Positions 28,327-39,924 are shown, counted from the first letter of the stretch. The stretch: 64,000 nt of DNA from Dehalococcoidia bacterium (GCA_965207225.1 CBDBLV010000002.1:1-64000), one strand, 5' to 3'. The notes: generated by a model from the sequence alone, not told the origin. A program made the numbers and translations.

Positions 28327-28341
28327 CGGGTGGGGAGAGGG

Positions 28342-28920
28342 TCAGGTCTCGCTCTCTTTTTTCTCGATGAGGGTGCCCCTGGGGGTGGAGACGAGGCCCG
28401 AGCCATAGAGCACGCTCCACCGGCGTTTCTTTACCCTTTCGGGTCTGTTGAGGGCGGAAAGCAACTGTGCCACGGTGCGGGACTCGACGGGATGGAAGAG
28501 GAGAGGGTTGAGCTCCGAGAGGGGGTGAAGGACAAAGGCGCGTTCCGGAATGCGGGGGTGGGGGATGGTCAGGTCCGGGGTGTCGATGACCTGGTCGCCG
28601 TAGAAGAGGATGTCGATATCAATGATACGGGGGCCGTCCTTGAAGCTCATGATACGGCCCATCTGGCCCTCTATGTGCTTGAGGTAGGCGAGGAGGTCCG
28701 AGGGGGAGAGGTCGGTGTAGGCGGCGCAGACGACGTTGACGAACCAGGGCTGATCTTTGAGGCCAACGGGTTCGCTTTCGTAGATTGATGAAACCTCGCT
28801 GACAGTTACCAAGTCAGGGAGGAGCTTCAGAGCCCGAGCGAGGTTGGACTCCTTGATGCCGATGTTGGAGCCGAGGCTGAGATAGACCCGGGTGTTACGG
28901 CCAATGCTGGTGTCAGACAT
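28342..28920 (-). CDS. folK: 2-amino-4-hydroxy-6-hydroxymethyldihydropteridine diphosphokinase
   Basis: YLSLGSN, GPRIIDIDIL, IPHPRIPERAFVL. Confidence 0.93.
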   Translation of the reverse strand: MSDTSIGRNTRVYLSLGSNIGIKESNLARALKLLPDLVTVSEVSSIYESEPVGLKDQPWFVNVVCAAYTDLSPSDLLAYLKHIEGQMGRIMSFKDGPRIIDIDILFYGDQVIDTPDLTIPHPRIPERAFVLHPLSELNPLLFHPVESRTVAQLLSALNRPERVKKRRWSVLYGSGLVSTPRGTLIEKKESET

Positions 28921-28922
28921 GG

Positions 28923-29780
28923 CTATGAACCCTCCCGGCCGTTGAGGGGAGGCCTGATAATGGCGTCGGTCATGCGGCAGACGCGGACGATGGCCTGGAC
29001 GTCGTGGACTCGGGCCACGTCTGCGCCGTTGGCGATGCACAGGGCGACGACGGCTGCGGTGCCTTCCACTCTCTGGTCAACGGGAAGGTCCAGGGTGCGG
29101 CCGATCATCGACTTTCGGGAGGGGCCGACGAGAATTGCCGGGGCTATGCTTCTCAGTTCAGAAAGCCTGCGAACTACCTCAAGGTTGTGCTCCAGGGTTT
29201 TCCCAAAGCCGAGGCCGGGGTCGATGATGACGTTTTCGGGTCGGATGCCGGCTTGGACGGCGTATTCCACGCTGGCTTTGAGGCTATACCTGATGTCGGG
29301 GATAAGGTCCTGGTAGTCAGTGCCGCCCTGGTTGTGCATGAGGACCACAGGAACTTGGGCTTCGGCGGCGAGGGGGGCCATGTCCGGGTCATAGCGGAGG
29401 GCCCACTGGTCGTTGATGATGGATGCTCCGGCGGAGATGGCCTCGGCGGCGACGCGGGCGTAGAAGGTGTCGATGCTGATTGGGAGAGTGGTGCGGGAGG
29501 CGAGGGCCTTGATGACGGGAATGACCCGCCGCAACTCGTCTTCTTCAGAGACGGGGGTGTGGCCGGGTCGGGTGGACTGGCCGCCAACATCCAGCATGTC
29601 GGCGCCCTGGGCTTCGAACTCCAGACCCTGCTCCACGGCAGCGTCAACATTTCTGCCGAGACCATCACCGGAGAAGGAGTCGGGGGTGACGTTGATGATG
29701 CCCATGACGAAGGTGCGCGTTCCCCAGGGGAAGGGGGTGGGGTGGGGCTTTCTCAGCGTGTTTGACGGAGCGTTAGTCAT
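28923..29780 (-). CDS. folP: Dihydropteroate synthase
   Basis: MGIINVTPDSFSGDG, STRPG, DPGLGFGK, SRKS, RVHDV. Confidence 0.96.
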   Translation of the reverse strand: MTNAPSNTLRKPHPTPFPWGTRTFVMGIINVTPDSFSGDGLGRNVDAAVEQGLEFEAQGADMLDVGGQSTRPGHTPVSEEDELRRVIPVIKALASRTTLPISIDTFYARVAAEAISAGASIINDQWALRYDPDMAPLAAEAQVPVVLMHNQGGTDYQDLIPDIRYSLKASVEYAVQAGIRPENVIIDPGLGFGKTLEHNLEVVRRLSELRSIAPAILVGPSRKSMIGRTLDLPVDQRVEGTAAVVALCIANGADVARVHDVQAIVRVCRMTDAIIRPPLNGREGS

Positions 29781-29952
29781 GGCAGATTTATCACCTTATT
29801 CAATTCTAGCACTTGGGGTCGGGTGAGGGGATTCAGGTTGTACGGGTAGGGGTAATCTGGTAGCATTCGGCGGGCCGGAGGGCGCATGAAATCGCCCGGC
29901 TACCCCAGTATTTGCCACTCCCAAATGTATCTTGGCGGGCTCTTCAAGAGGA

Positions 29953-31503
29953 ATGTCACCGAACGACAAGCTGGATAAGCTGTTAAAGCTGAGGGACCAG
30001 AGTCGGCTTGGCGGCGGACTCAAATCGATAGAGCGCCAACACACGAAGGGCAAGCTGACTGCCCGAGAGCGGATAGACCTGCTGCTGGACCCCGGGACGT
30101 TCAACGAACTAGACCCGTTTGTGACACATCGGGCGACGGAGTTCGGGCTGAAGGGCAGGGTGTTCATGGGGGATGCGATAGTCACGGGGTACGGGAAGGT
30201 GGACGAGCGGACGGTGTTTGTGTGCTCGCAGGACTTCACGGTTCTTGGGGGCTCGATATCGGAGGCGGTGGGGGAGAAGACGTGCAAGGCCATGGACCTG
30301 GCAATCAGCAACAGGGCCCCACTGATAGCGATCAACGACTCGGGAGGGGCGCGGATACAGGAAGGGGTGGTCAGCCTGAAGGCGGTGGGAGATATCCTGT
30401 ACAAGACAACGCAGGCCTCGGGGGTGATACCGCAGATATCGGTGATAGTGGGGCCGGCGGCGGGTGGGGCGGTGTACTCCCCAGCGATAACCGACTTTAT
30501 TTTCATGGTCAAGGGGATCGGGCAGATGTATATCACCGGCCCCGACGTGGTGAAGGCGGTAACCGGCGAGGTGGTTACCCACGAAGACCTGGGCGGTGCC
30601 TATAGCAACGCGGCCAAGAGCGGGGTCGCACAGTTCATGCACAATAACGAGAAGGAGTGCCTGGACGAAGTGCGTCGGCTTCTCGGGTTTCTACCCTCCA
30701 GCGTTGATGACAAGCCACCGAGCAGAGAATTCGGTGGGGATGCGTACCGGACGGATGAGTCGCTGCGAGGCATCGTCCCGGATGACCCCAGCAAGCCGTA
30801 TGACATGAAGGAAGTTATCAGCCGGGTAGTTGATAACGGGGAGTTCCTGGAAGTGTCCCAGTTGTTTGCTCGGAACATGGTGGTCGGGTTCGGACGGATG
30901 GGGGGCGGGGTGGTGGGGGTCGTGGCACAGCAGCCTTCTCATATGTCGGGGGTGATTGATATAGATGCATCTCAGAAGGGGGCGAGGTTCGTGCGTTTCT
31001 GCGATGCGTTTTCGATACCGATAGTCACGTTCGTAGACGTGCCGGGTTTCATGCCGGGGACGGAGCAGGAGCACGGCGGGATCATCAAGCACGGGGCAAA
31101 GCTGATTTTTGCCTACTCCGAGGCGACGGTGCCGAAGATAACCGTAATCACAAGGAAGGCGTACGGCGGCGCCTACATAGTGATGAGCAGCAAACACGTA
31201 GGCGGGGACATCAACTACGCATGGCCCTCGGCGGAGATAGCGGTGATGGGGGCGAGCGGGGCGGTGAACATCATCTCACGGCGGGAGATCCGGGACTCGG
31301 ATACGCCTGAGGAGACCCGGGCACGGTTGATTCAAGACTACGAAGAGAACTTCAACAACCCTTACCAGGCCTCGTCACGAGGTTTCGTGGATGATGTTAT
31401 CGATCCCGCCGAGACTAGGCCGAAAATCATTGCAGCACTACAGATGCTGGAAAATAAGAAGGTAACACCACCTCCCAGAAAGCACGGCAACATTCCGCTG
31501 TAG
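29953..31503 (+). CDS. Acyl-CoA carboxyltransferase beta subunit (PccB/MmdA/transcarboxylase 12S-like)
   Basis: GKLTARERI, DSGGARIQEG, AGGAVYSPA, DVPGFMPG, RKAYGGAY, KHGNIPL. Confidence 0.93.
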   Translation: MSPNDKLDKLLKLRDQSRLGGGLKSIERQHTKGKLTARERIDLLLDPGTFNELDPFVTHRATEFGLKGRVFMGDAIVTGYGKVDERTVFVCSQDFTVLGGSISEAVGEKTCKAMDLAISNRAPLIAINDSGGARIQEGVVSLKAVGDILYKTTQASGVIPQISVIVGPAAGGAVYSPAITDFIFMVKGIGQMYITGPDVVKAVTGEVVTHEDLGGAYSNAAKSGVAQFMHNNEKECLDEVRRLLGFLPSSVDDKPPSREFGGDAYRTDESLRGIVPDDPSKPYDMKEVISRVVDNGEFLEVSQLFARNMVVGFGRMGGGVVGVVAQQPSHMSGVIDIDASQKGARFVRFCDAFSIPIVTFVDVPGFMPGTEQEHGGIIKHGAKLIFAYSEATVPKITVITRKAYGGAYIVMSSKHVGGDINYAWPSAEIAVMGASGAVNIISRREIRDSDTPEETRARLIQDYEENFNNPYQASSRGFVDDVIDPAETRPKIIAALQMLENKKVTPPPRKHGNIPL

Positions 31504-31520
31504 TCCGTGCAGCCTACCAA

Positions 31521-33821
31521 ATGTCTGAAGAAGCCACCCATAACGGTAAGACACGCCTACGCATAACCGACGTCACCCTGCGCGACGGCCACCAGTCCAT
31601 ATTGGCGACGAGGCTGCGCACTGAGGACATGACGCCGGTGGTGGGGAAGCTGGACGACATGGGATTCCATTCGCTGGAGGTGTGGGGTGGGGCAACGTTC
31701 GACGTGGCACACAGGTTCCTGAACGAGGACCCGTGGGAGCGGCTTAGGGCGTTTAAGAAGCTAGCGCCTAAGACTCCGCTGCAAATGCTGCTGAGGGGTC
31801 AGAACCTGGTCGGGTACAGGAACTATCCAGACGACGTAGTCAGGGCGTTCATCCTGGCGGCGGCTAAGGCAGGAATCGACATTTTCCGCGTGTTCGATGC
31901 CCTGAACGATGAACGGAACATGGAGACGTCCTTTGCGGCGATCAAGGAGGCGGGGAAGCATATACAGGGGGCGCTGAGCTTCACCATAACGGAGTCGAGG
32001 CTCGGGGGGCCGGTGTATACGCTGGACTATTATGTTGAGAAGGCCAAGAGATTCCAGGAGATGGGGGCGGACAGCATCTGCATCAAAGACATGAGCGGTC
32101 TTCTAGGGCCCTACGATGCGTACGACCTAGTCAGGGCACTGAAAGCCAACCTGGACGTACCAGTGCAGCTGCATAGTCATCACACGAGCGGGATGGCCTC
32201 CATGTCGGCGTTGAAGGCGATAGAGGCGGGAGTTGACGTGCTGGACACGTCGCTTTCGCCTTTGGCGATGAGATCGTCGCACCCATCGATGGAGTCGATG
32301 ATGGCGGCGCTTCACGGTACGGAGCGGTATCCCGAACTGGATATCTCAGGGGCCCAGGAGGTATGCAACCACCTGGAATCCGTGTACCCAAAGTACAGGG
32401 AATACATGCGCAGGGACAGGTTGGCGACGACTGACACGTCGGTGATCCACCACCAGGTCCCGGGTGGCATGTTGAGCAATTTGGAGTCTCAGCTCCGGCA
32501 GGCGGATGCACTAGACAGGTTGGGAGAGGTACAGGAAGAGCTGGCAAGGACGAGGGCCGATCTCGGGTATCCGCCCCTGGTGACGCCTACGAGCCAGATA
32601 ATCGGGACGCAGGCCGTGCAGAATGTGCTCTTCGGCCGATACAAGACGATTTCCACGCAGGTAAAGGACTACGTATACGGGCTTTACGGCAAGCCGCCTG
32701 CGCCCATCGACCCCAAACTGGTGAAACGCATACTGAAGGACTATCCCGATGGGCAGACGCCAGTGACCCGGCGGCCGGCAGACGGGATGAAGGGTGAAAT
32801 GGAGGAAGCGAGAAGGGAAGTGGGGGGGCTAGGGAAGTGCGAAGAGGATATACTTACCTATGCGCTGTTCCCCTCCACGGGGATGCAGTTCCTGAAATGG
32901 AAGTACGGGGTGGAAACAGCACCGGACTCGGTGAGGCCGAGGACGTTGGAAGAAGTAGAAGCGGAGGATAAACTAATTGAGGACGTCAAGGAGGGAAAGT
33001 TGACACCGCAAGGCACCGGGGGCCGGAGATCATATACCGTATGGGTAGATGATGAGCAGTTCAGTGTTGTGATTGAGCCGTCGTCCGGAGGCGCTTCGGT
33101 GGCCTCTGCGATGCCATCGGCGCCCAACAGGCTGCGGCCCCAAGTTCCACCACCGCCATCATCGATGCCGGCCCAGGCGGCAGCTCCACCCAGGCCTGCT
33201 GCGGCAGCCCCACCGCCACCGAGGCCCACACCTGTTGCAACGGCCGGGGTCGGGGGTGGGGGGACGATCGTGTCCCCTATGCCGGGCACGGTAATCAGGT
33301 ACCTGGTTGAGGCAGGAGCGAAGGTTAAGGCGGGCGAGGCCGTGGTGCTGATCGAGACGATGAAGATGGAGAATTCCCTTCCGGCGCCGATAGACGGCAA
33401 GGTGGCGTCACTCCCGTGTCAGCCGGGACAGGCGGTGGGAAAGGGTGAGGTGCTGGTAGTTATAGAAGGGTCGGGTCGGGAGAGCGCACCTTCGCCCGCC
33501 CAGACGCCGATACCGGCGGCTCCTCCGCCTCCGACACCGGTCGCTTCAGCAACCCCCGCGAGTCCGCCGCCTGTTGGTGCAGCTCCAGCGGGCGAGGAGT
33601 CGGGGGAGGGGACGGCCATCGTGGCGCCGATGCCGGGAACGGTCATACGCAATCTCGTTGAGGAGGGTGCAGAAGTGAAGGCGGGAGAAGCGGTGATACT
33701 TATCGAGACGATGAAAATGGAGAACTCGCTTCCTTCTCCGGTAGATGGGACAGTGCTGTCCTTGCCATGCAGTGGGGGCCAGGTGGTGAGCAAGGGCGAG
33801 GTGCTGGCGCGGATCGGGTAG
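31521..33821 (+). CDS. Pyruvate carboxyltransferase (PycB/OadA/5S-like) with two C-terminal biotinyl domains
   Basis: LRDGHQS, EVWGGATFD, CIKDM, HSH, PGGM, PPLVTPTSQI; two ETMKMEN domains after Pro/Ala linkers. Confidence 0.92.
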   Translation: MSEEATHNGKTRLRITDVTLRDGHQSILATRLRTEDMTPVVGKLDDMGFHSLEVWGGATFDVAHRFLNEDPWERLRAFKKLAPKTPLQMLLRGQNLVGYRNYPDDVVRAFILAAAKAGIDIFRVFDALNDERNMETSFAAIKEAGKHIQGALSFTITESRLGGPVYTLDYYVEKAKRFQEMGADSICIKDMSGLLGPYDAYDLVRALKANLDVPVQLHSHHTSGMASMSALKAIEAGVDVLDTSLSPLAMRSSHPSMESMMAALHGTERYPELDISGAQEVCNHLESVYPKYREYMRRDRLATTDTSVIHHQVPGGMLSNLESQLRQADALDRLGEVQEELARTRADLGYPPLVTPTSQIIGTQAVQNVLFGRYKTISTQVKDYVYGLYGKPPAPIDPKLVKRILKDYPDGQTPVTRRPADGMKGEMEEARREVGGLGKCEEDILTYALFPSTGMQFLKWKYGVETAPDSVRPRTLEEVEAEDKLIEDVKEGKLTPQGTGGRRSYTVWVDDEQFSVVIEPSSGGASVASAMPSAPNRLRPQVPPPPSSMPAQAAAPPRPAAAAPPPPRPTPVATAGVGGGGTIVSPMPGTVIRYLVEAGAKVKAGEAVVLIETMKMENSLPAPIDGKVASLPCQPGQAVGKGEVLVVIEGSGRESAPSPAQTPIPAAPPPPTPVASATPASPPPVGAAPAGEESGEGTAIVAPMPGTVIRNLVEEGAEVKAGEAVILIETMKMENSLPSPVDGTVLSLPCSGGQVVSKGEVLARIG

Positions 33822-33900
33822 GCGAAAGTTGAAATCAAGTCAGATAACCAGATAGCTTAGACCAGAGGGTGTGACCCAACAAAAGAAGGGGGATTGAACG

Positions 33901-35103
33901 TTGCCGGATGCAAAGGTTATAGAGAAGGCACAGGAGCAGTTCGCGTTGATGCTGGAGCAGCAGCTCGCGAGGGTGGAGCGTATCAAGAACGGGTCCGCTC
34001 GGACGGACTATACGAAGCTGGACAAGGTGGTTATAGGGATACTGGGGGGTGACGGTATCGGGCCGTTCATAGCCGAGGAGGCGCAGATAGTCCTCGAAAA
34101 ACTGCTGTCCGATGCGGTTTCGGCGGGTAAGGTCGAGTTTCGGGTGCTGGAAGGGCTGACTATCGAAAACAGGGCGGCGCATTTGAAGGCGATTCCCGAC
34201 GACGTACTTGCGGCGATCAAAGAATGCCACGTCACCCTGAAGGGCCCGACCACCACGCCGGAGAAGGGTGACGAGTGGCCCAACATCGAGAGTTGCAACG
34301 TGGCGATGAGGAAGGAACTTGACCTCTACGCCAACATCCGGCCAGTACGAATCCCCAAGGAGGGGATCGACTGGACGTTTTTCCGGGAGAACACGGAGGA
34401 CATGTACGCGGTGGGGACGATGGGGGTGAACGTGACGGACGACCTGGCGGTGGACTTCAAGGTGATCACGAGCCCCGGGTCACGACGAATTATCGACGCG
34501 GCTTTCAGATATGCGAAGGACAACGGCAAGAACAGCGTAACGGTGGTTACGAAGGCCAACGTGGTGAAGACCACGGACGGCAAATTCCTGGACATGGCCC
34601 GGGAAGTGGCCAAGGACTACCCGGACATTGACTGGGAAGGCTGGTACATCGACATCATGACGGCCAAGCTGATCGACCCGAAGCGCCGACAGAACTTCCA
34701 GGTGCTGGTACTGCCCAACCTGTACGGGGACATTCTCACGGACGAGGCGGCGGAGATGCAGGGAGGCGTCGGGACGGCGGGGAGCGCGAACGTCGGGGAC
34801 GAGTACGCGATGTTCGAAGCGATCCACGGGAGTGCGCCCAGGATGGTGAAGACGGGTCGGGCGAAATACGCAGACCCGAGCTCGATGATCCGGGCCGGTG
34901 CGATGCTAATGGAGCACATCGGCTACCGAGAACTGGGGCAGAAGCTGAACAAGGCCCTGGACGTCTGCGGACAGTACGAGCGGCGGCTGGTGATGACGGG
35001 TCGGGACACGGGGGCCACGGGCAAGGAGTTCGGGGAGTACCTGGTATCGACGGTGAACGATCCGGACCTGGAAGCCAAGTGGGAGAAGCTGGTCTACGCG
35101 TAG
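33901..35103 (+). CDS. icd: Isocitrate/isopropylmalate-family dehydrogenase, probably isocitrate dehydrogenase
   Basis: GDGIGP, KGPTTTP, RENTED, KANV, NLYGDILTD, EAIHGSAP; adjacent to mdh. Confidence 0.78.
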   Translation: MPDAKVIEKAQEQFALMLEQQLARVERIKNGSARTDYTKLDKVVIGILGGDGIGPFIAEEAQIVLEKLLSDAVSAGKVEFRVLEGLTIENRAAHLKAIPDDVLAAIKECHVTLKGPTTTPEKGDEWPNIESCNVAMRKELDLYANIRPVRIPKEGIDWTFFRENTEDMYAVGTMGVNVTDDLAVDFKVITSPGSRRIIDAAFRYAKDNGKNSVTVVTKANVVKTTDGKFLDMAREVAKDYPDIDWEGWYIDIMTAKLIDPKRRQNFQVLVLPNLYGDILTDEAAEMQGGVGTAGSANVGDEYAMFEAIHGSAPRMVKTGRAKYADPSSMIRAGAMLMEHIGYRELGQKLNKALDVCGQYERRLVMTGRDTGATGKEFGEYLVSTVNDPDLEAKWEKLVYA

Positions 35104-35209
35104 TTGCGGGCTTCGGTCCTGATGGAGAACGGGATATAGGAACCTTAGTGACCCGCGCTCTCAGGGATGGGAGCACACCAAACAAGATAGAGAAGGTCGG
35201 AAAGGGTAA

Positions 35210-36151
<942 letters not shown>

Positions 36152-36182
36152 TCGGGCTACGACTTCCTTCTCTGAAGACTAA

Positions 36183-36220
36183 AGAAGCCGCGCGAAGGGT
36201 CAGGCCTTCGCGCGGCTTCT
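36183..36220. terminator. Intrinsic terminator between convergent mdh and pfkB genes
   Basis: Perfect 16-bp stem AGAAGCCGCGCGAAGG / CCTTCGCGCGGCTTCT. Confidence 0.8.
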
Positions 36221-36285
36221 CGTTCTAGGGTGATCTTGGGACGTTGTTTGTTGAATGTTGAGACGGTTAAGCTGGCCCACACCCC

Positions 36286-36323
36286 CCGCTCGACCCTTCG
36301 AGTGCCTAAGTGTGAGCGGCCCC
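36286..36323 (+). repeat. REP-like palindrome family B copy 1
   Basis: CCGCTCGACCCTTCGAGTGCCTAAGTGTGAGCGGCCCC; similar to 38540-38578. Confidence 0.65.
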
Positions 36324-36339
36324 GCCCCGAGGAGGGGGG

Positions 36340-37272
36340 TCAGGAGGGAAAGTGGGTTGATAGGCGCTGGTGGAATTCCTCGGGGGTGAAGGTGTATTCC
36401 TGGGTGCCCTGGACTTCGATGGCGAAGGATGCACAGGTTGTGCCGAGGCGGCAGGCCTGCAACAGTGACTGGCCGGTTACGAGGCCCTTGATCAGGCCGC
36501 CTCGGTAGGCGTCTCCGGCGCCGGTGGGGTCGACGAGGGTGTCGAGGCGGGGGATGGAGGGGATGTGGGTCTCTCCGTGGTCGGTGACAATGACGGAGCC
36601 GTGATCGCCCTTGGTAGTGATGATGGTGTCGGTAAGACGGAGGAGGGCGTCGTCGGTCAGCCCGGTAATCTCTTTGATAAGGGCTAGCTCATAGTCGTTG
36701 GAGATGAGGATGTGGGAGCCGCGGATGGCATTGGCCAGTGATTTGGACTCCCATAGAGGAAGGGACTGGCCAGGATCGAAGATGTACCTTATGTCCAGCT
36801 GCCTGAAAAGCTGAGGATATTTGATCATGTCGTCGAGATTACCTGGTCCTATGATGGCGATCGAGTTTCCGGAGTGGGTGTTTTCAAGGGGGAGAGGGGA
36901 GGGGTGGCCCATGGCGCCGGGGTTGAAGGCGGTGATCTGGTTGTCGGCCATGTCGGTGATGATGTGGGCGCAGGCGGTGGCTTCCTCTTCCACGATATGG
37001 ACGGCGCTGCGGTCCAGGCCCTTGTCGTCGAGCCATTTGAAGTAGGGCTGGTAGTCTCTGCCGATGGAGGCAACTATGGTGGGGTGTTCGTCGAGTAGTT
37101 TGAGGGCGTAGGCGATGTTGCCGGCGGTGCCGCCGGGACGTTCGACGATGCCGCTGACGGCGAAGCTGATGTTAATCATGTGGAGCTTATCGGGCATGAT
37201 GTGGTCGGCAAAGCGGCCCGGGAAGTCCATGATGCGGTCGTAGGCGAGGGACCCGGAAACGAAGATTTTCAA
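36340..37272 (-). CDS. PfkB-family kinase (adenosine kinase-like)
   Basis: VSGSLAYDRIM, GGTAGNIAY, FDPGQ, NDYE, DPTGAGDAY. Confidence 0.9.
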   Translation of the reverse strand: MKIFVSGSLAYDRIMDFPGRFADHIMPDKLHMINISFAVSGIVERPGGTAGNIAYALKLLDEHPTIVASIGRDYQPYFKWLDDKGLDRSAVHIVEEEATACAHIITDMADNQITAFNPGAMGHPSPLPLENTHSGNSIAIIGPGNLDDMIKYPQLFRQLDIRYIFDPGQSLPLWESKSLANAIRGSHILISNDYELALIKEITGLTDDALLRLTDTIITTKGDHGSVIVTDHGETHIPSIPRLDTLVDPTGAGDAYRGGLIKGLVTGQSLLQACRLGTTCASFAIEVQGTQEYTFTPEEFHQRLSTHFPS

Positions 37273-37352
37273 TGAGGACTCCTTTGGGGGGATGGCGTCG
37301 AATTTCGCGTTGATTGGCTGAGAGTGGTGATTGGATTCGGGAAGAGGGGGGC

Positions 37353-38501
37353 TTAAGAGGCGGGGACGGGGTGGGCGGCCTTTTGGAAGTGAGGCATGAC
37401 CTTTTCGGCAAAGAGTTCGATGCTGCGCATGACCTTGGAGTGGGGGATGTAGGGCATGGTCATGTAGGTCATCAGCTCCTGGAGGCCGATGCTTTCGTGT
37501 AGCTCTTCGAGCTTCTCGACGACGTGCTCGGGGGAGCCGATGAGGAGGTTGCGGTCGAAGAGGAGGTCCCAGTCGAGGGTCATGTCGGGGGTTACTTCTT
37601 CGCCGGGATTCATGAAGTTGACCAGGGGCCGGCGGTTCTGGGTCCAGCGGAAGGTCATGAGGACACCGGCCTCTGCGTCGCGTCGGGCTTCTTCCATGGT
37701 GGGGGCTATGTAGGTAGTGCGCATAAGGGCAATGTCTTCACCGGAGGCGAAAGTTCTGCCCTCGGCCTTGGAGCGGGTGTCGGCGTAGAGCTGGAACTTC
37801 TTCTTGAGGAGGGCGGGGGTGGGCTGCCAATTGATCACCTTCATGCCACGCTCGGCGGCGAACTGGATGGAGCGATCGGTGTCGGTGACCTGCCAGAGGG
37901 GCGGGTGGGGCTTCTGGTAGGGCTTGGGAATCATCTGGAGCTTGGTAACGAGGTCGCCTTCGGACCAGCGGGGGTCGGGGGGGCTGAGGGGGTGGTTCCA
38001 GTGGATACCGGGTGCGGGGAAGGTGTAGTTGGGGCCATCGTGGGAGAAGTATTCGTTGGTCCAGGAGTTGATGAGGATGTCCAGGGTCTCTTCAAATAGC
38101 TCACGGTTGGCGTCGGGGTTGGCGGGGTCGGACTTGGGGTGGAAGGCGGAGCCCTCCCGGGAGCGTACGCCGCGACCAACGGCAACGTCGATGCGGCCCT
38201 TGGTCATCTGATCAAGCATGGCGATGTCCTCGGCGAGGCGGATAGGGTGCCAGTAGGGGAGCAGGTTGGCGCCCTGGCCGAGGCGGATGCGGGAGGTGCG
38301 GCAGGCGAGGTCAGCGCACATGAGGACGGGGTTGGGAAGCTGGTCCATGCCCTCGGGGCCCATGTGGTGCTCGCCGACCCAGGCGGAATGGTAACCGGCC
38401 TGCTCACAGAGGACGACTTCCTCGCGCAGGTCATCGATTAGCTGGTGGTAGGGCCTGTGCCCGTTGGGGTCGACGCGGGTGTCGAAGTAGCCGAACTTCA
38501 T
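37353..38501 (-). CDS. Luciferase-like (LLM) flavin-dependent monooxygenase
   Basis: WVGEHH, HPIRLAEDIAMLD, GRG, PYQKPHPPLW, IGSPE. Confidence 0.9.
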   Translation of the reverse strand: MKFGYFDTRVDPNGHRPYHQLIDDLREEVVLCEQAGYHSAWVGEHHMGPEGMDQLPNPVLMCADLACRTSRIRLGQGANLLPYWHPIRLAEDIAMLDQMTKGRIDVAVGRGVRSREGSAFHPKSDPANPDANRELFEETLDILINSWTNEYFSHDGPNYTFPAPGIHWNHPLSPPDPRWSEGDLVTKLQMIPKPYQKPHPPLWQVTDTDRSIQFAAERGMKVINWQPTPALLKKKFQLYADTRSKAEGRTFASGEDIALMRTTYIAPTMEEARRDAEAGVLMTFRWTQNRRPLVNFMNPGEEVTPDMTLDWDLLFDRNLLIGSPEHVVEKLEELHESIGLQELMTYMTMPYIPHSKVMRSIELFAEKVMPHFQKAAHPVPAS

Positions 38502-38539
38502 GGTGGGAGTATACAACACAGGGACGGATATGCCCCTTC

Positions 38540-38578
38540 CCGCTCGACCTTTCGACTTCGCTCAGGGCGAGCGGCCCC
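38540..38578 (+). repeat. REP-like palindrome family B copy 2
   Basis: CCGCTCGACCTTTCGACTTCGCTCAGGGCGAGCGGCCCC. Confidence 0.65.
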
Positions 38579-38606
38579 GTGCCGGAAAGGGATAGAACCC
38601 CGCCCC

Positions 38607-38633
38607 AGATTCCTCGCGGGGCATCGGAATGAC
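38607..38633 (+). repeat. REP-like palindrome family A copy 1
   Basis: AGATTCCTCGCGGGGCATCGGAATGAC. Confidence 0.8.
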
Positions 38634-38751
38634 CGTAAGAATGGCTATCGGGATGGGGGTGAATAGAGGGGTGGCGTTGACATGGGATTGGGGTGGTTGG
38701 TAGGGTGTTTCCGGCTCTGAGAATAAGGCACGGAAAGGCAGGAAATAGTAG

Positions 38752-39786
38752 ATGAGATTCGACTTTAGTGTCGGGATGGGGCGGACTTTGACGCTGGACG
38801 AGGTGGCGACGCATGCACAGTTGGCGGAGGAGTGCGGGTTCAAGCAGATGACACTCATTGATTCGCAGAACTTGTGCCGGGACGTGTATTCGATGATGAC
38901 GGTGGCGGCGGTTAACACGCACAGAATCCACATCGGGCACGGGGTGACTAATCCCTTCACCCGACACCCTTCTGTAACGGCAAACGGGACGGCAACGATC
39001 AATGAACTGTCGGGGGGTCGGGCGTTCCTGGGGATCGGGGCGGGGTTCAGCTCGGTGATGACTATGGGGATGAAGGCGCGGTCGATGGAGGAGTTTCGGA
39101 ACGTAATCGAATTCTTCAAGGGGTACACGGCTGGGAAAGAGGTGGAATATGACGGGGCGCTGATGCACTCGGAGTGGAGCCGGAGGCAGATCCCGGTGTA
39201 CATGGCGACAGTCGGGCCGAGGTCCCTGCGGATGACGGGTGAGCTGGCGGAGGGCGCCATAATGATTGGCGTGAACCCGACGATCCTAAAGTGGAGCCTG
39301 GAGGTGATGGAGAAAGGGGCGGAGAAGGCGAGGAGGTCCCTGGACGACATAGACAAGTGGGCTCGGACGATGATCTACGTTGCGCCTTCCAAGGAGGCGG
39401 CGCGCCGGGAGGTGGCGTCGTATGCGGCGACGTGTGCGTGCGAAATGTACAGGTCGTTATTGAGGCGGGATACGCCGGAGGTGGAGGACCTGCGGAACCG
39501 GATGGAGGAGATGCAGCCGGGCATCGTTGAGGAGATCAAGGCGGTGTACGACGCCTTTGAACCCTATGAGCACGAGCGAACGGACGCAACGCACTCTGCC
39601 GCGGTGTCGCAGAGGGTGATAGACACCTTCATGCTGACGGGGACGCCGGACGACATCGGGGAGGAGATTGAGAAGCTGCACCCTCTGGGGATAGACAACG
39701 TGTCGACGGTGCTGTTTTCGATTATCGACAAGAAGGGGATGATGAGGGAGATCTCGGATAAGGTGATGCCTTACTTCAGGAATTGA
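38752..39786 (+). CDS. LLM-class (Mer-like, possibly F420-dependent) oxidoreductase
   Basis: GVTNPFTRHP, ELSGGRAFLGIGAG, GPRSL..GELAEG. Confidence 0.88.
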   Translation: MRFDFSVGMGRTLTLDEVATHAQLAEECGFKQMTLIDSQNLCRDVYSMMTVAAVNTHRIHIGHGVTNPFTRHPSVTANGTATINELSGGRAFLGIGAGFSSVMTMGMKARSMEEFRNVIEFFKGYTAGKEVEYDGALMHSEWSRRQIPVYMATVGPRSLRMTGELAEGAIMIGVNPTILKWSLEVMEKGAEKARRSLDDIDKWARTMIYVAPSKEAARREVASYAATCACEMYRSLLRRDTPEVEDLRNRMEEMQPGIVEEIKAVYDAFEPYEHERTDATHSAAVSQRVIDTFMLTGTPDDIGEEIEKLHPLGIDNVSTVLFSIIDKKGMMREISDKVMPYFRN

Positions 39787-39812
39787 GGTGTAAGGTTCTT
39801 CCAAGGTAGGAG

Positions 39813-39847
39813 AGGGCGCCGACTGATGGTTCGGCGCTTTTCTCTTT
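39813..39847 (+). terminator. Intrinsic terminator
   Basis: AGGGCGCCGA / TCGGCGCTTT stem followed by T-rich tail. Confidence 0.65.
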
Positions 39848-39871
39848 ATATGGGGAATGGGAGCCTGCGCG

Positions 39872-39898
39872 AGATCCCTCGCGGGGTCTCGGGATTGG
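39872..39898 (+). repeat. REP-like palindrome family A copy 2
   Basis: AGATCCCTCGCGGGGTCTCGGGATTGG. Confidence 0.8.
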
Positions 39899-39924
39899 AA
39901 GGGGGGAGGGGTGGGTTGACTGGG

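Noticed and set aside
29848-29906. Riboswitch between folP and the carboxyltransferase gene
   Set aside because: Some pairing (GGGGTA/TACCCC, GCCGG/CCGGC) but no recognisable aptamer consensus.
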